Shown here piece by piece: positions 56,661 to 64,000 of a stretch of DNA of 64,000 nt; positions within the stretch are counted from its first letter, which is position 1, and every line of letters starts with the position of its first letter. A program made the position numbers and the translations under genes. The DNA lies in the NCBI GenBank assembly GCA_964016885.1, contig OZ024742.1:334862001-334926000 (forward strand), given 5' to 3'. The notes under the pieces are model-generated. The model was not told where the DNA came from and ran no database searches. It saw only the letters and a program-made list of their open reading frames with translations. The stretch is from Eledone cirrhosa (taxonomy: Eukaryota).

Positions 56661-57392
56661 TTTCTTTATTTGCCACAAGGGGGCACAAGAAAGGGGACAT
56701 TAGAAAACGAGACGGCGGGGGTTTTACATAAGAAATGTGTAAACTTAATAACATTAATAAATTAAAATGATTTTAATTGTTATTTTATTTTAATATATAG
56801 TTAAAATAAAAAACAATTGAAATCCCCAGTAGTGGGGAACGTTACTGCACGGTTGTTTATATAGAACAACCCTCAACACCAGGAGCACGTTTTGTAGGTG
56901 TTCCCGTCTTCCCTCTGTTGTCTTCCTCAACATACAGTTTTATATACAGAGACGGCCCATTCACTCGAGCGATTTTTGCCACATTCACCCACCTTTCAGC
57001 GAATTTACTGGGAGGTGATGCAGCACCTCTCTCTCCACTCTCACCTTCCTTCTGAAATGGTATTTAAAGAAGAGGATGAGTTGTTGTCTGGAGAGGAAGG
57101 TGCTTCCCCTTAGTCTTTGCAACCTCATCCACCATATTAACTCTTTCGCCATAGCCACCAGACAGAGGAAAACCGCCTTTCCTTCATTCTTTAATGAAGG
57201 CGGTGGGGTGATCCTCACGATGGACTCGGCTGACAACGGGATGTGTCCCACACGTGACAGTAGCTGGTTGACATAATTCCACATGTCGGTCCTCCCTGGG
57301 CACTGAACAATTGCGTGCAGAACGGTTTCAATGTCCTGCTCACATCTTAGACGGGTCCTTTTGTCAGGATCCCTGCCAAGGTGTCCGTGCCT
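56661..57392 (-). mobile_element. Tx1-type 3' fragment, copy 4 (third subfamily)
   Basis: Encodes RCEQDIETVLHAIVQC...FFKYHFRRKVRVERE; 3' end gtggcaAATAAAgaaa; 5' junction in (GATA)n. Confidence 0.9.
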
Positions 57393-57396
57393 ATAG

Positions 57397-57438
<42 letters not shown>

Positions 57439-57452
57439 GAGGAGGAAGAGAA

Positions 57453-57511
<59 letters not shown>

Positions 57512-59931
57512 TAAATAGATAGATAGATGAATAGATTGATATCAGTGAAAAAAATAATTGAGCAGAAGGTTGCATGCAAGAAAAAAAAATGAGGCGCTAC
57601 GGGCCGTGTTCAGCCGCTGTGTCAAATGACCAGTTGTTTTGTTGTTTATACGTGACCGCCAAAGGTCTAACAAAAAACGGATAAAGTCTGACATGGGCGA
57701 AGTTGCTGTTCTTGCATTAAATGTTAATGGTAAGCGTTGTACCAGTAGCTGTGAACGAAGCTATTATGGTAGTTTACCAGTGCTGGCGAGAAAATGATGG
57801 CCCCCAGATGTATTGTCGAATGTGCTGTGGAGCCAGGAAAAAATGGCTGGTTGCTTTGTAAAGAACAAAAGGCAAGTTTAATCTGTAGGATGGGTTGCAG
57901 TGTAAATTCCATAATTCGGGCGAATCCACAGAAGTGGCCGAAATGCTAACAAGTCCAGTTCAATTTGTTGCTTTCCCAGCGAGTCGGGCAAAAACAACAA
58001 GACGGATGGCCGTCATGGACGATCAGTGTGCAACGAGATGCGAAGCTGTTTGAGTTCAGCGGCAATTAGTATTCCCGTGTTGCGGTGCCTGTATGAATCC
58101 AGTGGACTAAGCTCTGTGAGCTGCTAGCATGTGACAGCATCTCAACCAGGTGAAAAGGGACTCGCAGAATATTACGCTTGAAGAACATATACCAAGAACA
58201 TGTTGGTGTGTGATAAAAAAAATGTGTGCATATGCAGGCATGTAGGCATGTAAAACAGCAAAGAATGTGAATGAACAAAAACCATGAGCAAACAAATAGC
58301 AAAAGAGCACCAAACAAGTAAATGCATTCTACAAAGAAATATGTGAATGTAACAAACTGATAATTCAAAGTCAATCTAGGGGAGCAGAGAAATTGCTCAA
58401 TAAGGTCAAAGTTTTTCAAAGTCAAATAGTTCACACATCACTAGTGTACAGACACTAGTTCTATCTGAAAACTGAAAAAGAAGTTTGTTAATGCCGTTAG
58501 GGGTTAGATGTATGGTGTTTTTGTGAGATTTCGTGGCCATTTTTCCGTCCCGCCACACGGTTGTGTTGCTTCTTGTTAAAGCAAAGTCAAAGAATCTTCT
58601 GTAGAGTAGGAGTCACCAAATATGGCAGTCACGTCTGACGCCATAATGGTGAGAAAACTACTGTCTCAATTTCTCGCGTCCCTGTGGTAACGAGACAGAA
58701 GGTATGGTGGTTGCGTCGGTAAAGTTACAAGCCGTTTTGAAATTTCCGATGTGTGGTGGTTGGCGTCGGTAAGGTTATGAAGCTGCCACTCACTGTTCCC
58801 TGTATTGGTCAGTGGTTAAACAACGCTGTCGCTGCTGCTGTCATTGTTGTTATCCAGCGTAGCCATGACATGTCGGTAGCCATCTTGAAATTTTTTCGTG
58901 GCGAAAAAGTTTTTGAAATACTGCTAATTTTTCAAAAATCTTAAAAGGAATATTCTGGATTTTCGCAAGTTGCGACGTGGCAATAAAAGTTAAACTGAAT
59001 GAATAAGAAGGGCTGCGTGATATTCTTACGTCGGTCACCACTTTAGCAGTATTGGTTATAGATGTTATCGCCACATTAGCAGGGTGGTAGAATGAGTGGT
59101 CGTTAGTTGCCAGTGTGGTAAGTGATAGTATCCTCGTTGGATTATCTTGTTGACATAGACGTGAGGGAAGATCCCTCGATCTATTTACCATCTATTTACA
59201 ATATTCCTTTCGTCAGGTCGTCAATTCCAGCAGCATGGATTAAAGATGTCATTGAGACAAGAGTAAACATAATAACGACTTCAACCGCAGTAATTAGAGA
59301 TGAGATGTTTGTTTATTTATATGGTTGAAGTTACAGATAAAAAGAGGTTACATTAGGGAATGTGCCATTGCGCCGTTAAGCCGGCGAGGCTAGGGGTGCA
59401 ATATCTCACTGTTACATTATGCGTGTTGCTGGCTTGAAGTTTCCGGTACAAGAGCGAGATTTTTCAAATCTTCGCGGTGAATTTCTTCCTCAGGGCGCGT
59501 AGGGATACATCCTCTTCTACTGGCGCTGATTGGCTGAACTGAGCCAAATCACGCACAGAGAATGTATGTGAGCCCGCGGAATGTAGGTCACTACAGATAG
59601 ATATAGAGTATAAAAGAATTACTCTATAATAGAGATACTGCGAACGTAAGACAGGTTGGTAAGTTATAGGTGAGACGCTTTTGACAAGATCAGCTAGATA
59701 AGATGCGATATAATAGAAACCGTATTGAAACAATTGTAATATGAAAATAAAGTTTCTACGCAAGCTGCATATCCGACTTCAAATATTCTGGTGAGTAATG
59801 GTCTAACCAGTTTATAACTGAATCCATCCTGAGATGTCAACATGAATGGACCTGTTATTTTTTTATCTAAAGACATTTTTTTCCAATTCCAACCCGCCTG
59901 TCCCCTCAATCTATCTTATTTCTCATTCTTT

Positions 59932-59965
59932 CTTCTGAAGAAGGACTAGCGTCCGAAACGTCAAG
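59932..59965 (+). ncRNA. Minimal type I hammerhead ribozyme (Penelope pLTR-like)
   Basis: ctt-CTGAAGA-a-ggac(tagc)gtcc-GAAAC-GTC-aag. Confidence 0.78.
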
Positions 59966-60418
59966 CCCCTCTTCCTGCTATTTCAAACGTTAACCTTCCA
60001 TATACTGTACCGATGGTGTTGTTATTTCTGTTTCCCTTTTATAAACTTATATATATATATAATATATTGTTATACTTTGGGAGGGTCATGTTGCCAATAA
60101 GAAACACACGCACCAGTAGCTTTCACTCCAATTTATTATAAATTAAAACATTTTTTGTTTTATTTTTCGTAAAAAAAAAAAAAATTATAAATTTCCGGTT
60201 GGCTGGTTGCTTCCACAGCCGGACGGTTGTTCATATATATTGTCAAAGTTCTGTCGTCACACATTCTATAACCTCTTCAGTGACTGGGGATTCTTTTCTT
60301 TGTTTTGTGCCTCTCCTTTGTTCTGTCCTACGCCATCTTGTTTATTTGTGTGTGTTGTGTCATATATATATATATATATATATATGCATCAGCTGTGCTA
60401 GGGCGAGAAATAAAATTC

Positions 60419-60476
<58 letters not shown>

Positions 60477-60929
60477 ACATCTACTTTATTTCTCATAAAA
60501 TTTACAACTATCTATATACTATATGTCAAACTATTTATCAATTTATTTAGCAATCTCTCTCCCAAATGTTCGTTTGTCAAAACAAATAACAGTTTTCCCA
60601 TCATGCATCCGTGCTATTTGATTCTGTGCAAGGTGCAGTAGGTACACGTGAGAGATTTCAATGGCTATACAATAGTATCTTTTATAGATATTTCTTGTTG
60701 GTGCTCCACTTACTGGCTTATTTATTGCACAAATCTACGTCATATCAGTGTTCTATATACATTTCATACTTGTGCCGTCAGTTTTATGTGATTATATATA
60801 TATATATTATTATTATTATTATATATACATGTTTTTTTATGAATATATATATGTATATGTATGTTTATATATATGAATATGTATATGTATATATATATAT
60901 ATCTATATGTATGTTTATATATATGAATA

Positions 60930-61035
<106 letters not shown>

Positions 61036-61036
61036 A

Positions 61037-61117
<81 letters not shown>

Positions 61118-61181
61118 GTATATATATATATATATTTAAATATACATATATATATATATAAATATATATATATATAAAGAC

Positions 61182-61867
61182 TTAGTGTATCTACCAACAT
61201 ATATATATACAGATGTATACCCATGCAAGCAAATATATAGGTTTTGTCTTAGTAACTGTGTGGTTCAATGCAAGGGGATGCAGAACAATTATATGAAAAA
61301 CGTCAAATAAGAAAATTATTGTAATTAGCTTACTTACTTAAATTTCACTCCAACTAATTAGTTTCTGAAAGGCAATATACATGGAGAGCATGGAGAAAAC
61401 TTTTCGTCATCAGGGAGTCATTCTTAGCTAAGATACCTGGCAATGCGTGGACACAGGGAACTTAAAATAAAAAATATTCAGTGGATGGAAAAAAAGCAAG
61501 CGGGGACTAAATTCCAGGACACTGAAAAATTCACTGCCTTCTTGTTCGGTGGCAAATTCAAAAGAATCAATCACGTGACATCGAGGTTAATCAGTGAGGA
61601 GTGGGGTGTTAAAAAGACCGTAGCCAAGCTGTTACTATGAACTATAGTAGTAATTTTGGCAAATTTTTGCTCAACAAAATAATTTGGAGATAATTATAAA
61701 GAATTAGTATATCTACCAACATATATATACAGATGTATACCTATGCAAGCAAATATAGAGGTTTTGTCTTAGTAACTCTGTGGTTCAATGCAAGGGGATG
61801 CAGAACAATTATATGAAAAACGTAAAATAAAAGTAAGCTAATTACTATAATTTTCTTATTTTACGTT

Positions 61868-61875
<8 letters not shown>
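61182..61875 (-). mobile_element. Retrozyme-like element: 522-bp unit plus partial second copy and short inverted end
   Basis: ttagt(g/a)tatctaccaacatatatatacagatg at 61182 and 61704; 61831-61875 is the reverse complement of about 61291-61335; (TA)n flanks. Confidence 0.85.
61347..61418 (-). ncRNA. Type I hammerhead ribozyme
   Basis: Minus strand actcc-CTGATGA-cgaaa...tttca-GAAAC-taatta-GTT-ggagt; palindromic ACTAATTAGT stem III; mismatch at the first pair of stem II. Confidence 0.78.
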
Positions 61876-61916
<41 letters not shown>

Positions 61917-62116
61917 TATACTTATAAACATGTATATATATATGTATATATGTAATAATATGTATGCACGTATTATATATATATATATTTATTGAAAGAA
62001 ACAGATAGATAAATAAATAGATAGATAGATAGACTTCCACGTAGGTACACTTGTGAAGATAAGTGTTCCTATGTTTATATATAATAACTTATACTGTCTA
62101 TCTATATAATCTGAAG

Positions 62117-62158
<42 letters not shown>

Positions 62159-62165
62159 TGTGTGA

Positions 62166-62209
<44 letters not shown>

Positions 62210-62245
62210 CGTAAATATGTACGCATATGTTAGTAGATATACTAA

Positions 62246-62447
<202 letters not shown>

Positions 62448-62883
62448 TGGTTCTGTTTGTATGTATCTAGCCACCATCCACGCAATGGCGCCGTTCCAAG
62501 CTGGAAAGTTGCTTTATTCTCGCATTACTTTAGATACCCGCTGTTGAAAAGTCTTTTATTTATACTGTCCCTTGTCTCCAGGGTCTAGCAATTCTTTACA
62601 ACGTTTGTAATTGTTATATATAAACACCGACTTCTGCAAACTCTCGCATTCTCATACTGATGAACTCAGACCAACATATTAAGGCAGGAATACGTGTGAA
62701 TACAGTTACACACTCACAACAACGCATACCAACACACAATGATGCAAATACAGGCACACAAACACACACTAACACATACACATACATAGATGAAGAAAAT
62801 TAGTATAAAGTATACATAACACACTTTCATATGTCTTAACAACACTTTCATATGTCCAGGTTTAGCGCAAACATATGACTGTG

Positions 62884-62924
<41 letters not shown>

Positions 62925-63101
62925 AGTGTATATATATACATATATATATATATATAAATACATATATGTGTATATATAAACATATAAATATATAAAAACA
63001 TATATGTGTGTGTGTATATACATATACATATATATATATATTTATTTATTTATATACATATATATATACACACATATATATATACACATATATATATATA
63101 T

Positions 63102-63138
<37 letters not shown>

Positions 63139-63617
63139 TATCATATGTATATATATACATATATATCATATGTATATATATACATATATATTTGTATATA
63201 CGTATATATTTATACAGACACAGACACATATATATGTGATATATATATATATAGACATACACAGACACACATACACACACACACACATATATATATATAT
63301 ACATATAAACAACAAAGAGAAAGACATGAAAACAGACACAATTTAATACAAACACATACACACCCATACACACACATACACACACATATATATATACATG
63401 TGTGTGTGTGTGTGTTTGTGTGCTTGTGTGTGCGTGCGTGTGAAGCTTGCATGTGTGTGTGTACCTTTATACGTATGAGTGAAAATGTGTCTGTTTGATG
63501 CCTATGTATATACACACACTTCATCATACACACTTGATACTCAAAATATTTATTTCATGGACATTCTTCTATTGACACGCATATATATATAGCTATACCA
63601 ATCGCTCTCTCTATATG

Positions 63618-63655
<38 letters not shown>

Positions 63656-63679
63656 ACACAGAGAGAGATAGAGAGGCAG

Positions 63680-63795
63680 GAGAAGGCCTACGGCATAATG
63701 GTTAGAGTGCTGTACACACGATTGTAGTTTCGATTACTAGGCCGTGCAGTGCGTTGTGTCCTTGATCAAAGTACTTTATTTCACCTTGCCTCTTC
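63680..63795 (+). mobile_element. Degraded CORE-like tRNA SINE
   Basis: ggcataatggttagag...gtttcgattac...gcgttgtgtccttgatcaaagtactttatttcac. Confidence 0.7.
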
Positions 63796-64000
63796 TGCCA
63801 GGAGTTACGGACGGCACATGATATCAAGAATGGTAACACTAATTGAAACATTGTTTCTTTGATCCGACCTAACGAGTGGCACTTTTTCTTTTATATATAG
63901 ATAAACACACATACAGAAGACAGAATGCACACCTACCAATTTTACCCCTTCGGCATACACACAGCCGCACCCATGACACACCTATGACACATCTGGACCC

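Noticed and set aside
57590-59750. Complex non-repetitive sequence that might hold exons or a decayed transposon
   Set aside because: No convincing ORF, motif, TIR or splice structure could be identified by eye.
60068-60591. Possible solo LTR (TGTTAT...ATAACA)
   Set aside because: No target-site duplication and no second copy in the window.

Overview
AT-rich, microsatellite-saturated eukaryotic DNA with no recognisable host-gene exon. The SINE types and simple-repeat load suggest an octopus or other cephalopod genome (inference). Nearly all listed ORFs are translations of simple repeats. Real coding remnants: a head-to-tail cluster of Tx1-type (L1 group) non-LTR retrotransposons in (GATA)n/(TCTA)n tracts (30.2-40.9 kb, plus a fragment at 56.7-57.4 kb), CR1-group and RTE LINE fragments, and an internally deleted mariner. 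Also present: many tRNA-derived SINEs and Helitron-like elements. Main signal: at least eight apparently unrelated non-coding elements, mostly sitting in (TA)n tracts, each carrying a hand-foldable type I hammerhead ribozyme. Six occur as more-than-unit-length tandem copies of a 460-590 bp monomer. Where an inverted segment is present (seven cases) it always lies at the 5' side of the ribozyme-sense strand. Two families use the rare UUGAUAA (U3-A8) core, one with stem III covariation between copies. This looks like a diverse set of large retrozyme-like or non-autonomous Penelope-like elements, possibly with circular RNA intermediates. All folds were done by eye and no activity is demonstrated.
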